Part shown: piece after piece, positions 51,086 through 63,725 of the stretch
How positions within the stretch are numbered: position 1 is the first letter of the stretch
How the letters are laid out: the number at the start of each line of letters is the position of its first letter
DNA from: Lama guanicoe
Taxonomy: Eukaryota
Direction: 5' to 3'
Length of the DNA: 64,000 bases
Assembly: GCA_013239625.1 (NCBI GenBank)
Contig: MU053487.1
Location: 1 to 64,000 of the forward strand
Made by a program: the position numbers and the translations under genes
Notes under the pieces: generated by a model
Database searches by the model: none
What the model saw: only the letters and a program-made list of their open reading frames with translations
What the model was told of the DNA's origin: nothing

Positions 51086-53139
51086 AGGCTCTGCCCCAGC
51101 CTTTTCTCTTCTAGTCCAGAGAGCATTTTACAATGTCAGTGTGTGAGTGATTAAAGTTATTCTAGGATAATCATATCCAACCTAATTTCTAAGTAACTGA
51201 GGCATGAAATTTGATAGTTCACTACGATTTTGTAATGAATTCCTTCGAGTGACCCCACAGCTCAGAAATGATGGGGCCAGCACCTTGGGAGACCCTCCTG
51301 GTGGTGGGGTTGACAGAAGAACGAGGCTGAGGATCAGGTCATTTTGAAAGACCTGAACCACATAACCAATCAAACTGATCCAATCATGTTACTTTTCCCC
51401 CATTTATTACTCAGAGGCTGTGGCTACCAGCAGATCTGCCTGCCTCTGGGAACACATATCTCAAAGCACATCCTTTGCTGTGAGATGCAAAGGAAGGTAA
51501 AACCACATCCCTTGCTGCAGGGAGCTCACCTTCTCCTCGTGGGCCCTCCCCTAGCTCTAATGTGGCGGTGACCTTAGACTGCGGGCATCCTGGAGGAAGG
51601 CAAGGCCTTATTTACCCAAGGCCCTTGCAGAATCAGGTACCAGGAGGAGCTCCAGGAGGGGTTGCGGGGTTGAGCTGAACGAGTATGACTTTCAGAAACA
51701 CATTTTACAGGCCAAGGGAACCCAGGCTGGGATGCTGGCCAGGAGGGGAACAAGACAGACTGGAAAACTAAGTCTGTGCCCTGGTTCAACCTGCAGAATC
51801 TTTCTCTGGATGTTTCAGGCCATCAGGGGCAGCGTCACAGGCAACCGGTGCTAACTCTGGCCTCCTCTGGCCACGTCAGGGAGGGTGAGGTAGGAAGGCA
51901 ATAGAAACAGCAAGACGTCCTGCACGTCCGTGTGAGAAGCAGAGGACGGCCTGGCCCCACAGGAGGCCCTCGCCTGGGCACAGGGTGGTGCACCCACCTG
52001 CACAGCAGGGCACCCACCGTGGGGAGGACAGGTGACGAGCTGCCCCGGCCAGAGGTTCTCTCCCCTGCTTTCCTCTGGGAGGGCAGCCTGAAGCCCAGAC
52101 ACTAAAAGGGACACAGACTGGCCCTCCCTCACCTCTGCGGAGACACTAGGCAACAGGGCAGGTCAGACAGGCCTACAAACACGGGAAGGGCTGGTTTAGG
52201 GGCTGGAACAGAGGCCTTGGGCTGCAAAGTGTTATCCAAAGGGCGGTGACCAGCTTTCTAAGGCCTGAGTTCAAGTTGAGGCTCCACTCCTGGCCAGTTG
52301 AATGGGAAACACATGGACATTTGTTGGACCCTGTTTTTCTTACCTGTAAAGTGGGCCCATAGTCCCCAGCCCAGATGAGGCTGCTATGAGGACTGAATGG
52401 GAAAACAGAGGCAAGAAAGAGACTTTTATTGTTTATGGCGGGGTCAAGGGCAAGAGAGCGGATTAAGGACGACTTCTGTTTTCTGAGTGGTAGTTTTATA
52501 CGTCTAAGTTTTAAAAAAGAAGAATGTATTGTCTGCAATAAAATAATAGGATATAGAAAAAAATTGTATCATGAATCGGAAAGGTTAAAAAAAATCAGTC
52601 TTTATTCCTGGCTTGGATGACTGGTCGTGGGTCTATGGATGGAAGCTAGGTGGAATCCCCCCACCTACTGAGTGAAAAAGGCATCACAAAGTTTGAAGTG
52701 TTTCTAATGGGAAGACACACAGAGATGCTTGAACTTCAGTTATCAACTTCAGCACACACCTATTTTTTAAGAAATGATGGAGTTTGGCAACAGCTCCATT
52801 TCTTGGCTCTAATAACAACAATAATATTAGTAATACTTGGAAGCAAAGTCTTCTCCTTGACTATCTCACCCTGCACAAAAGATGAGCAGTTCAAAGAAGA
52901 AACCTCATAAGAGCCAACAGTACCCAGTTACAGATCCTAGGAGACTGAAGCCCAGTTAGGCCTCCAAAACTCGGTGGGAGGGCATCCTCAGGGATTCACA
53001 GAGGAAAATGCAAACGTGGAGAGAGGTGGGGAATGAGGCTTAGAGAAAGGCCAACATAGGATGCTTTGTCTTTGCAAAAGTCAATGGCAACAAAGAGAAT
53101 TTTGTCATAATTTTTTCTACCAAAAAAAAAAAAAAGACC

Positions 53140-53770
53140 ATATAAGAATGTAAAATGATGCAGACACTTTGGAAAACACTACGGCAGTTCCCCTAACTCT
53201 AAATGCTGAGTTAGTTACCATATGAACCAGCAATTCCACTCCCAGGTATAAAGCCAAAAGAACTGAACCAGGGATTCAAACAAACACTGAACACATCCAT
53301 GTTCATAGCAACATTACTCATCATGGCGAGAAGTGGGGAACGACCCAGACGTACATCAGTGGATGAATGGATACACACAATGTCCACACAGGAGAATATT
53401 ATTCAGCAACAGAAAGGAATGAAGCACTGACACACACGACCACATGGACGGACCTTGAGATTATGCTAAATGAAAAAGGCCAAACACAAAAGATCACATA
53501 TTGTATGGTTCAGTTTCTAAGAGATGTCCAGAACAGGCAGACCCATAAAGACAGAACAGACTGGTGATTGCCGAGGGCTGGGAGGAGGGAGAGTGGGGGA
53601 GTTCTCGGGTTATGAAGGTTTCTCTCTAGGGGTAATGAAAATGTTATGGACTTAGATGGTGGTAATGACTGCACAACTTTGTGATAACTAAGTACCATGG
53701 AATCGTGTATGTGAATTATATCTCAACAAAATTTCATGGTATGTGAATTATATCTCAACAAAATATTTTT
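53140..53770 (+). mobile_element. L1MB-like ORF2-end/3' UTR fragment
   Basis: ORF 53367..53567 resembles the ORF2 C-terminus; 26-bp tandem duplication at 53707-53764. Confidence 0.8.
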
Positions 53771-53869
53771 TAAAAAGAAAGGAAGAAAAAAGACCAGAAT
53801 ATACAAACAAGTACACTATAACTAGGGACTATGACCTGCTCAACTAGCTGGAGTTAACACAAAGTTTCT

Positions 53870-53955
53870 CCCCAGTACCTCCACCAAAAGTAATAAATAG
53901 AGAAACCTAATTACCTCCCCACCAAGAAATTAAAATAAGAATAAAATTTAAAAAG
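53870..53955 (+). mobile_element. 5'-truncated tRNA-derived SINE
   Basis: Only ccccagtacctcc plus tail remain; TSD caaagtttct. Confidence 0.8.
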
Positions 53956-54170
53956 CAAAGTTTCTAAATGCACAAATTATGTCCCTTAAAAAATTTTTTA
54001 AAGAAAAGTGATTTTTTAAATTATATAGGCAATTCTTATATATTAAAAACATTTAGGAGAAAACAAAAACAGAAGATAATAGTCATCCGTAAGCAGACCC
54101 CCTAAAATCAAACACCAGAAACATTCTAGCATTAGCTTCTATGAGCAGGTAGATGTTAGGTTGCTCTTAC

Positions 54171-54211
54171 CGTTCCAATAGGCAAAATTGGTGCCCCCCA
54201 TAAACATGTAC
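54171..54211 (-). CDS. GLB1: GLB1 exon 9 (41 bp): YMFMGGTNFAYWN
   Basis: tctag acceptor, G|gtaaga donor; GH35 YMFxGGTNF motif; preceded by an 83-bp intron 8. Confidence 0.96.
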
Positions 54212-54294
54212 CTAGAGGAAATGAGAACAGACAGTACTTCAGTAGGAGCCCGCAGGTACAGGGGATACCCTCCCCTCCGAACCCGAACACTCAC

Positions 54295-54416
54295 AAGTTC
54301 ACATTCGCCCCTCGGGCAAGCATATCTTGGAGGGAAGAAGCCACCGCTTTGGTACTGACTACTGAGTGAGGCTGGCCCCAGTGGTCTAACCAGCCAGTAT
54401 AGAATTCAGAATTGAC
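54295..54416 (-). CDS. GLB1: GLB1 exon 8 (122 bp): [41 protein letters not shown]
   Basis: tttag acceptor, gtgagt donor; nucleophile Glu in NSEFYTGW. Confidence 0.97.
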
Positions 54417-55199
54417 CTAAAAAGAGAAAGGACATGGAGTTTAGGACCTTTAAATGCTGGGCTTCCGGGTAACTGCTGCCCTAGGTTCTCCACTGAGGAA
54501 CAGATGAGCAGCAGAGCTGTCAATCACTGCTTTACCCAGCGCTGGGGGACCAACAGGGACCTCCTAGAGTTCAGCAGTACCCCAATTCAAGTCTCAGGTG
54601 CCGACAATACATGTATTCCTGAAAAGTTGTACCTGCCTCAAAATTTTGTGAACCAATCCCCAGTTTAAACATGGGAGGTAAGTTGGCTGGGTGAAAGAAT
54701 CAGATGTTAAAATATTTTCATTAACTAATTCGCTCCGAATTCTCGTTTGGTGTGAATCCATATTTTCAGATCTCAGATTGACTTAAAGAGAGAGAGACTT
54801 GTCCAGACATTCTGCCAAGCAGGCCCCAAACACTTCATGTTTCTGTTGGACTTGACCCTGCCAAGCCCTTGGTCTACAGAAGGAAAAAGAAATCTGGACA
54901 TGTTCTGGGGCTTTCTCGTCTTGGACTCCAGGAAATAGCTCCACCCAGAGTCTGTGAAGGCCGGTTCAGAAGCTAGGCTCAGAAAAGGTTGTTTTGTGCG
55001 AAGGTTTGTACACAGGCAGGGCAGCCTGACCTGCTGCAGAGAAGGCACAGGACACAACCCCTGAAACTGGGCGAGTGACAGTGACAATTAAGCACAGAGA
55101 GTGATACACTCATGGGCTGGGCACACCTGCCAGGACCTCCACCTCCCAGCCGCCTGCCCGCATGGAGCCCTGTGACTCCCAGGGCGGCCAGCAAACCCA

Positions 55200-55330
55200 C
55201 GTCCCCACGTCACTGGTTTCTTGCCAGAAATGCAGAACTTCAGTCCCCATCCAGACCCAACAGATCAACATTTGCTTTTTAGCAAGATTCCCACATGATG
55301 TGTGAGCACATCGGAGATGGAGAAGCTCTG
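55200..55330. mobile_element. MER5-like hAT relic
   Basis: agaaatgcagaacttcagtccccatccagacc...tttagcaagattccc. Confidence 0.55.
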
Positions 55331-55758
55331 TCACAAAGAGCCTTCAAGAAACACAGACCTGAACTCGGGATCCCGGCCCTGCCACTCACCAGCTGTACGA
55401 CCCCAGGCAAGTGACATGTTGTCTGAGCCTCACTGAAAATGGAGCGATAACACTACTTCTGAGAGCCATCACGGGGACCAAATGCGGTGAAGCACGCGGA
55501 GCCTGACCTCGGCGGGACGTTCACCTGAGTCCCCATTCTGTCCCTCCCCCACCCCCGGTGTAGGTCTCAGGTTCCAGTGGGAACACTGCTTCTGCTGTCA
55601 CCCGTGTGTCCCTACGGTCCCACCAGCGGCCGACCTCAGACCCAGAGAGACCGAAGCCGCACGCCCACCACCCACGGCTGGTGGCCGCTCTCCCCCAACA
55701 GCGGCCCTGAAGTGAGCACAGGCAGACAGTCTCTCCGCATCTGACCCCCGATTCTCAC

Positions 55759-55817
55759 CAAGGGTCCCTTGGGCTCAGTCTTCCTCTGGATTAGGAAAGC
55801 ATTTGTGATGTTGGTAC
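55759..55817 (-). CDS. GLB1: GLB1 exon 7 (59 bp): GTNITNAFLIQRKTEPKGPL
   Basis: ttcag acceptor, gtgaga donor; manual translation. Confidence 0.96.
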
Positions 55818-57229
55818 CTGAAAAATCAGAGAGTGAGAAGAAAGGTCAGTCATGGGGATGCCCAGGTGTTAAATAAAAAGACCCCTCAGTAGGACTTGAG
55901 CCCCAGGCCCCCGCCCTTCTGCCTCCCACACGCCCAGGGGCCTGGCGCACCTCCAGGCTAGCGTCAGGCAGAGACTCAGACGGTCCGTTTGACAGACTGT
56001 GGGGACCACAGAATGTTGCTTGCTCTGTGACACTGCCCGTGGCCTCTCCTGGCTGCATTCCCTTGGGAGGTCACCACGCACAGGCCATGTGCTTCCCCTG
56101 GCCCCCCAGTGCCTGGACACATGTCTGGTGTGTGTCTCAGTTTACTCGAACATCTAGTTGACCCAGATGCCCCCTACAGGATGGCCCTGCCTTGAACATA
56201 CTCCCTTGTAGCCGCCAAGGCGCCCCATACATAATAGTGTCACAAATATCAGCCACTTAGTTAGCAAATCAAAGGGATGAACGTGCTCGAATTATGTTCA
56301 GCCCCGAATGATGGAGTACACTCTGAATCTGAATTTGTATATCACCAGCCATTCCAGGCCACTTGCTCTCAATTTTTTTCCTCTGAAATATTCCATTAGG
56401 ATGCCTGGATCTTGTCTTGCTTCCCACGTCTTCTGTTCCCCCGTCCTCCTCCAGGAAGAGAAATGGTTTTTCCAAGGAGAGGTAATGGGCTGCCTACATC
56501 AGTGAAAGAGTGCGCGTGAACAGACTCTCTCCAGCCACAGCAGAGGACCCCGGCCCCAAACTGCATGATCCAGTTCCCGCAGGCGGTGTCCCAGAGTGGA
56601 AAGGACACCAGCCAAGTCTCCAAACAACCCCTTGCTCTTGGACAGACCTTGAGCTTCTCTGGAAGGCCAGCTTTCAGGAGAGAAGGTGCTATGAAACATT
56701 AGGTGGGCTCCAAATGCTGCTCTCGGGAGTCTCTCCTGGGGTCTGGCCCCAGGCAATGCCCCTCTTGCACACGAATGAATGAAGCCACCACAGCCCCACC
56801 TGCCCCAGGTACGCCAGCCATGCAGCGTCTGTCCTTGAACCCACAGCAGCAATCATGCTGTCATCCCACATACAAATGATGCTTGCAACAAACTTGTAGT
56901 CATCTTCAATGTGTTCCTCCCGACAGAAAAGTACTGTGGTTTTTCATCACTGTGTTGGCAAAGGTGCCAGAGCAGGAGGAAGCCAGGCTGCCACTTCCTG
57001 TGCAGGTCTCTATAGATATGTTACTTCAGCACCGGATGCTCTGAGCAGTGTACCATGTTTCTAGAAACCCCCAACTCACTGGAGCTTTAAAAATGCGACT
57101 CCAGCCTTCTGTACATCCTTCTCATGAGAAGGCAGTGCTGGATGTGCATTTTATCCTTCAGACGGGGGAACAGCAGAATCTCTACGCTATTTGAAGGGCT
57201 GGTCTTTTTTGGGAGGTGGGGAAGGGGTA

Positions 57230-57620
57230 ATGTTTTATTTTGAAATAATTTCAAACTTATAGAAATGCTCTGAGAACAGTACAAAGAACTCATATTCCCT
57301 TCGCCCAGATTCCCCAATTGTTAACATTTTACCACATTTATTTTATCAGTTTTCCCCTCTCTATATATAAATATATATATACAGGATGGCCCTTTACCCC
57401 TAAATACTTCAGGGTGCATTCACTAAGAGCAAGGGCGTTGTTAAAAAATAATAATAATACAATGATAAAAAAACAGGAAATTAACATGGACAGAATACTA
57501 TTATCTAATCTAAAGACTTTATTCGAAGATTTCAATTGTCCCAATAGTGTCCTTTAAAAAAAAAAAAAGGGAAAAAAGTCCAGGATCATTTTCAGGACAA
57601 CACTGCATTTAGCTGTCATG
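57230..57620 (-). mobile_element. Old L1MC/ME-like 3' UTR fragment
   Basis: ttttattttgaaataatttcaaacttatagaaa...cccctttacccctaaatacttcag. Confidence 0.65.
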
Positions 57621-57850
57621 TTCATCATGAAAGCTGCTCTCAACTGAAACAAAGATCTCTTAACGTCATCACAGCCGGAAGCATCCCAGCCAGGCTTTCC
57701 TGTGTGGGACCTCTGCACCTGACACGGCACGTTAACAGGTCAGGCAAGATAAAACCACCTCCAGCCCGTCACAGTCCTCAGAGTGATGCATTATTCAGAA
57801 AGAAGCGGAAGGGACAGGCGAGTTCCCTGCACTCCAGGGCTGGCACCAAC

Positions 57851-58031
57851 CTGCTCCGAAGTCCACCGTGGCGTAGAGTCCCTGCAGCGTCCCGCACTTT
57901 AGGAACCGCTCGTGCGCCCCGTCAGTGGTGAACAGAAGCACTTTCTCACCCAGGTAGGAGCGGAAGCGATTCTGCAGGAACCGCAGGTAAGTGTAATCAC
58001 AGGCAGAGTAGCTGCCGTATTCATTTTCAAC
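57851..58031 (-). CDS. GLB1: GLB1 exon 6 (181 bp): [60 protein letters not shown]
   Basis: Within ORF 57795..58076; tgcag acceptor, G|gttggt donor; carries the catalytic acid/base Glu. Confidence 0.98.
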
Positions 58032-58489
58032 CTGCAAATTACAAAAGAGGGCGGGGAAGAAATCAGGAGATGCCAATGTTGTCCCTCATCCCTCGTCCCT
58101 CGGATGCAAAGCTTTGGTTGGGAGATGACAAGGCTTAGTCACTCCCCCAAATATCTCCACCACTCAGTCCTTAAAACTCATTTTCCAAAAAGCAACACAG
58201 CATAAAACGTATCTTCTATTTATTAACCATCCCCCCAACCCCAGAAATAAGAAGCAGAAAACAACCAACATGTTAGTACTTGAACGGCAGTGACATTCTC
58301 CTCTATAGCAGATAATGGAAACTTTCAGCATTACATAACTAATACCATCTCAGGGCAGAAACATTCACAAAATGAAGAAAAATGAAAAGAAAATGGAAAA
58401 ATCATCTGTTAATAATTCTGTTACCCAGACATAACCACTGTAAGCATTTTGGCATGGTCTTCTAGATTCTTACACAAAGACATGCACAT

Positions 58490-58636
58490 CTTTGTTTTTT
58501 GTTGTTGTTGTTGTGTTTTGTTCTGGGCAGGGAGGTAATTCGGTTTATTTATTTATTTTAATTGTGGTCTTGGGGATTGAACCCAGTACCTTGGGCATGC
58601 TAAGTGCAAACTCTACCACTGAGCTATATGCTCCCT
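58490..58636 (-). mobile_element. tRNA-Ala-derived SINE
   Basis: Reverse head and tail. Confidence 0.88.
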
Positions 58637-58879
58637 GCCACGTACATCTTAATTATATACAAATAATACACAGTAATTGTTCTCTGTGCTCAAAACTGGC
58701 ATCATATTATATGCACCAGTTATAATGTTACCTTTCTCCTTAATACATTCTGCAAAATGTCCCTCGGAATAATCAGGGAAGTTATAAACCATCAGTTACT
58801 GGGTTCCCTACTGTCAAACGTTCAGGGTGTTTCCCACTTTGCACTCAATAACCGATGTTCTGTTTGTGCTCAGGAGCGA

Positions 58880-59080
58880 CTGTGGTTTTTCAATCAGGAG
58901 CTATTTTGCCCTCCAGGGGACATCTGTCTGGAGAATTTTGAGAGTGTCAACTAGAGGCGGGTGTGCTGCTGACCCCTAGTGAGCAGAGGACAAGGGAAGC
59001 TGCCAAACATCCTACACAGTCAGCCTCTGTAACAGTTGTCGGATGCAAGCAGCAATGGTGCTCAGGATGGGAACCCCTGC
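58880..59080. mobile_element. MER20-like hAT relic
   Basis: ttttgccctccaggggacat...gctgccaaacatcctaca...gaacccctg. Confidence 0.65.
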
Positions 59081-59178
59081 ACTGAAGCAAGAATTCTCAG
59101 TGGGGCGAAGAGCATCCGTAAGGAAGTGAGAACCGATTCTTATAGGATTAAACAAACAAACAAACAAACAAAAAACCT

Positions 59179-59345
59179 GGGGGTGGGTATAACTCAGTGG
59201 TAGATTGAGTGCTTAGCATGCACGAGGTCCTGGGTTCAATCCCCAGTATCTCCATTAAAAATAAATAAATAAAAATAAACCTAATCGCCTCCTTCCTCCC
59301 AACACACACACACACACACACACACAATAAGCAATAAATAAAAGG
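59179..59345 (+). mobile_element. tRNA-Ala-derived SINE with (CA)n in the tail
   Basis: Head and tail; CA repeat at 59302-59326. Confidence 0.9.
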
Positions 59346-59654
59346 AAATTAAGTTAAAAACTGAAAGTGATTTAGGGAGAAGCAGAGACTGAAAAACCAG
59401 GGAAACAGAAGAAAACCTGAGATCAAGAGAAAGGAAGAAGACCCCGTCTGTCGTGCTGACACACCCAGTTCCAGCCTTGGAATCTGCACACAGGAAAATA
59501 GGCTCCTAAAACCTTAACCTGTACAATTTTATATATAGTAGTGTGTGCCTGTTAATCCCAAACTCCTAATCTATCCCCCAACTTTTCCCTCTGGCAACTA
59601 GTTTGTTTTCGATGTCCATGAGTCTATTTCTGGTTTGTAACTAAAATTTGTTCT

Positions 59655-59742
59655 TTGTATTTTAAATGGAGGTACTGGGGATTTAACCCAGGACCTCATG
59701 CATGCCAAGCGTGTGCTCCACCACTGAGCTATACCCTCCCCC
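59655..59742 (-). mobile_element. tRNA-Ala-derived SINE, next to an L1 3' UTR fragment at about 59520-59650
   Basis: Reverse head ccactgagctataccctcccc. Confidence 0.88.
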
Positions 59743-59855
59743 AGCATTGCCTCTTAAAGAAACAGACAAAAGAGGCTCATGCCTGCTTCACTGCCACATG
59801 TAACGTGGGTGGATGGAAACCTCCCCCAGCTGCCCGGGCTCTTCTCCTCCGTTAC

Positions 59856-59950
59856 CTGCACGCTGATAATTGGCCCTCCATTCTGGTAGAGGAGGGGTTT
59901 CATCTTGGGCAGAAGGACTCTCAACCACTTGTCCACGGACGCAAGGTAAT
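59856..59950 (-). CDS. GLB1: GLB1 exon 5 (95 bp): [32 protein letters not shown]; the alternative frame encodes the EBP-type peptide
   Basis: ORFs 59754..59936 and 59788..60000; tccag acceptor, CAG|gtaac donor. Confidence 0.97.
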
Positions 59951-61059
59951 CTGGAAAACAGATTTAACACCATCACACACCTTTCTCTACAAAGAGACAC
60001 AGCCTGTCACCTGGGGGCTGGCAGCAGAGATCAGACAGACTGGATTCAACAACTACCTTCTGAGATGGCGGGGCAGCAGGCACTAAATGTCTGATGAAAG
60101 TCGTCCTGCCAGGTTGAGCTCTCAGAGGACAGGGACCAGGGGGCCGGGTACCCGTCCCTGCCACTAGGACAAAAAGCCTGCAGCACAGGGGGCATCCACC
60201 AACACTTGTCAAATGAAGAAATAGGTGACAGAGTGACGTCTCCTTCTCACTGTCATAGTAGAGTTTTTTTTAAGTTCTTATCAATTATGTATTTACAATA
60301 CGCGATGGGGAAAACAGAGTACACACTTCATAAAGTTGCCATAAGGATAAAATGAGATATGTGGAAAGACACTAATGATGCACCAAGAGTGCAAACTGTA
60401 AGACTTGCACACCAAGAAGGAAACGCACCTGGAGCGTCCTGCACCAGCCTCTTACACGGCAAACTTAAGCCGCGTTAGCTGCTCTTAGGACCAACTTCCT
60501 CACCGAGAGAAACTCAGGTCTTCAGAAGATAGAAATGCAGCTAAATAGGACCTTCTGATTGACAAGGGTTTACAGCTAAAATAATTTTTAGTGGTTTAAA
60601 AAGACAGGGGGAAAAAAATCTACCGTTTGCAGATCCTTCTGTAAAAGAAGACAAAGGAATAGAAGGCATCGCAGAAATCTGGTGAAACCCAGTGACAGCA
60701 TTCCAGTGACACCATCCTAGAAACTACATCCACCATTCTGGTCAGCTGGAAGTTATCCCTGGCCAAGTGATACACTAAGCGTGGAGGCAGAGAAAGCATG
60801 GAAGTCAACTGGTCAACGGCAATCAGGGCCCAGTGCCAATTCAAAGAGTCACCAGTGTATCTGTGAGATCCGGTCAAGTCGTTGGTGGAAGCCTTCGGTC
60901 CTGCACACTCAGTGTCTGGACAATGACTCACACTCACTCTTTGGCTAAATTTTCAGAAGTGTTCACACAGGGGCACCCCAGCCTCCAAAATCCCTGATCC
61001 TTTTGATATAAATTATCTAAGCTTTCTTAAATTCTCTTAAGACATCCAGAACAACTTAC

Positions 61060-61120
61060 CTGGATCAGAAGAACGGAGAACAATAGATTTTTTCTCTAAT
61101 AGCCAAGCAGGTAATCCTCC
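61060..61120 (-). CDS. GLB1: GLB1 exon 4 (61 bp): GGLPAWLLEKKSIVLRSSDP
   Basis: cctag acceptor, G|gtaagt donor; manual translation. Confidence 0.97.
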
Positions 61121-61497
61121 CTAGGATAGGGGGAAAAAAGAGAAAAAAAGAGGAAGCCATTAAAAGATCTCGGGGGAGACAGAAATTACTATTAACGGTG
61201 AGGGAAAAGAAGAAAAGTGTCATGGAGACAGGGTATTTGAACTGGGTTTTCTGGTCTGTACTCAGGGAAACTAGAAATTGTAAACACAGTAAAAATAAGA
61301 TCACTTTGCATGGATGCAACATTTTGAGAATCAAAGCCTTTTAGATAGATTACGTCACTTAATCTCACAACTACCCTGGGAGGAGGACAGAGCCCACACC
61401 ATGAACCGCTTTTGACAGATGAGGAAACTGACTTCCGGTCGTGCGCATCTCTGCCTTCTGACCCTGCCTGTCACGAGCCCAGCCGAGCCGCACTCAC

Positions 61498-61648
61498 CAT
61501 GTCCCACTCCGCACAGATGTAGGGTCCAGGCCGCAGGATAACCAGCAGCCCCAGCTTGTGCGCCAGCTGGATAAAATGTTCCACATCATGGTCCCCGGTG
61601 AACAGGTACTGTCCTGGCTGGGGCTCGTGGAAGTTCCAGGCCACGTAC
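61498..61648 (-). CDS. GLB1: GLB1 exon 3 (151 bp): [50 protein letters not shown]
   Basis: Within ORF 61471..61668; ggcag acceptor, gtgagt donor; GH35 [10 protein letters not shown] motif. Confidence 0.98.
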
Positions 61649-61921
61649 CTGCCAAGACACACACACAACCCCTTCCTGGGAACAGCTCAAAGATCCAGGT
61701 GTCCTATGTTCATTTCTGAACAGTCTGCAGAACTCTAAACCCACAGGACACACAGACATCTGCCTTTGGCAGCCTCTTGGGAAAGAAGCCTGGTCTTGAG
61801 TTTTCACAGTAGCTACCAAGTGAATCAAACTCGTGGGAGACACTTTTAAGCGTGTGATTCACAAAGAGTGCCCCTTCCTAGTTAATGCTTGACTCAAAAA
61901 AAAATATATATATATATATAT

Positions 61922-62040
61922 GGGGGGAGGGTACAGCTTAGTGGCAGAGCTTGAGCTTAGCATGCGCGAGGTCCTGCGTTCAATCCCCAGTACCTCCATT
62001 AAATATATAAATAAATAAATAAAAACCTAATTACCTCTGT
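61922..62040 (+). mobile_element. tRNA-Ala-derived SINE
   Basis: Head and tail. Confidence 0.9.
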
Positions 62041-62954
62041 TTTTTTTTTAAATACAGAGTTACATGGACATGCATTACTATTATGTAAAAATTACATAAG
62101 CCTGTGTAAGCCTTAGGAAAAATGAAAATATCTGTGCTAAAGTGATTAGCAGTATACTAATTTTTTGAAAAACACTTTTTAATAAAAATGGAAAAATCTC
62201 CAACCCCTATGTCGTGCTGATAAAAGATTTTGTCAGGAAGTGCAAGAAGGAGGTAAAATAACAAAAACTCCCACCAGCTCCCCCCGGCATCCTGCAGCAG
62301 GAAACACAAATTGAAATATGAAGCCACCCACTGCCATCATAAAGGTCTCTTTGATGACCTCTGGCTTGTGTCCTTTTCCCGCAATAGCCTGGTTTTAGGG
62401 TTCCCTGGAACATACGGTCTTGTTTCAACTTACTGCTGAAACTACAGACAGGTCCAAGTGGCCTTGGAACCAGAATTACAATCAGGATTCTCTCCTAAAC
62501 TACCTGTCTGGGGAATCTGCCTCTGGGTTTTTTTTTTCACCCTTTACCTTTGAAAAGTTATCAGCAATCCACATCAGCAGTGCAAAAACCAGAGTGGCCA
62601 GCCACCCCAGCTTCCTTCTCACTTAGTCAACTTGCAACAGCAGAAGAGAAGAGATGAGGAGATACAGTTATTGGGGTAATACTGTAACCCTGGGCTACAG
62701 AATCACCCCAGCAGAACCACAAAGACAGACGAGGTTTCAGGAATCTACCTAACAAGGCATAACTCCCTAGGAGCTGAGAGAGCTATCGCTGCCTAGAAAC
62801 ACAAATCCCAGCTGGACCTCTGGCCAAAAATACGTGCCTGGGCAAACTGCAGTTTCACCAGTTGTGAATGGGACTGGTGACCTTGGAGAAGGGGTGTCAT
62901 CCATGTAATGTGCCCTGCACACAGCAAACAATCAGTGTTACTTGCTTTCGCCTT

Positions 62955-63470
62955 TTATTTTTCTTAATGGAGTAGAGTTGATTTACAATGTTGTGTTAGT
63001 CTCAGGGGTACAGCAAAGTGATTCAGATATATATACACACATATATGTATGTGTGTATATATATTCTTTTTCATATTCTTTTCCATTATAGGCTATCACA
63101 AAATATTGAATATAGTTCCCTGTGCTCTACACTAGGTCCTTGTTGTTTCCCATTTTCTTTTTTTAGGGGGAGCAGCGGTTAGATTTATTTATTTATTTAT
63201 TCTTTTAATGGAGGTACTGGGGATTGAACCCAGGACCTTGTGCATACTAAGCACCCGCTCTGCCACTAAGCTATACCCTCCCCACCTTGACCTTGCTGTT
63301 TATCTATTTTGTACATTGTAGTTTGTATCTGCTAATCCCAAACTCCTAATTTATCCCTCCCCTCCTTTCCCCTTTGGTAACCATAACTTGGTTTTCTATG
63401 TGAGCCTCTTTCTGTTTTGTAAAATAAGTTCATTTGTAGATTCCACATATAAGTGATAGCATATATTTGT
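62955..63470 (-). mobile_element. Artiodactyl-type L1 3' end interrupted by a SINE
   Basis: Reverse L1 3' UTR motifs on both sides of the SINE. Confidence 0.8.
63150..63283 (-). mobile_element. tRNA-Ala-derived SINE nested in L1
   Basis: TSD ccttg(t/c)tgttt. Confidence 0.9.
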
Positions 63471-63725
63471 CTTTTCCCCCTTTGCCTTTTTAAGCTGATA
63501 TTCATTTTATGATTTCTGGTGACAAAACTCAAGGTTGGAAGAAGCAACTATTGTCTGAAGAAGGGCCAGTCATGACAAGGTGATCCCAGAACACCAGGCT
63601 ATGCTGGTCCCTGTTCTGAGCAATGGGACAGCTGCACTGAGAGATGCAGCCATGCCCCTCCACACCCCTCCCCCAGCCAGGTGTGAGCATCCAGGCTGGG
63701 GCGAGCTCAGGGCCCTCCTACTTAC

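Noticed and set aside
53707..53764. 26-bp direct repeat as a CRISPR-like or regulatory array
   Set aside because: Only two copies, 32 bp apart, inside an L1 3' UTR; this is a simple local tandem duplication.
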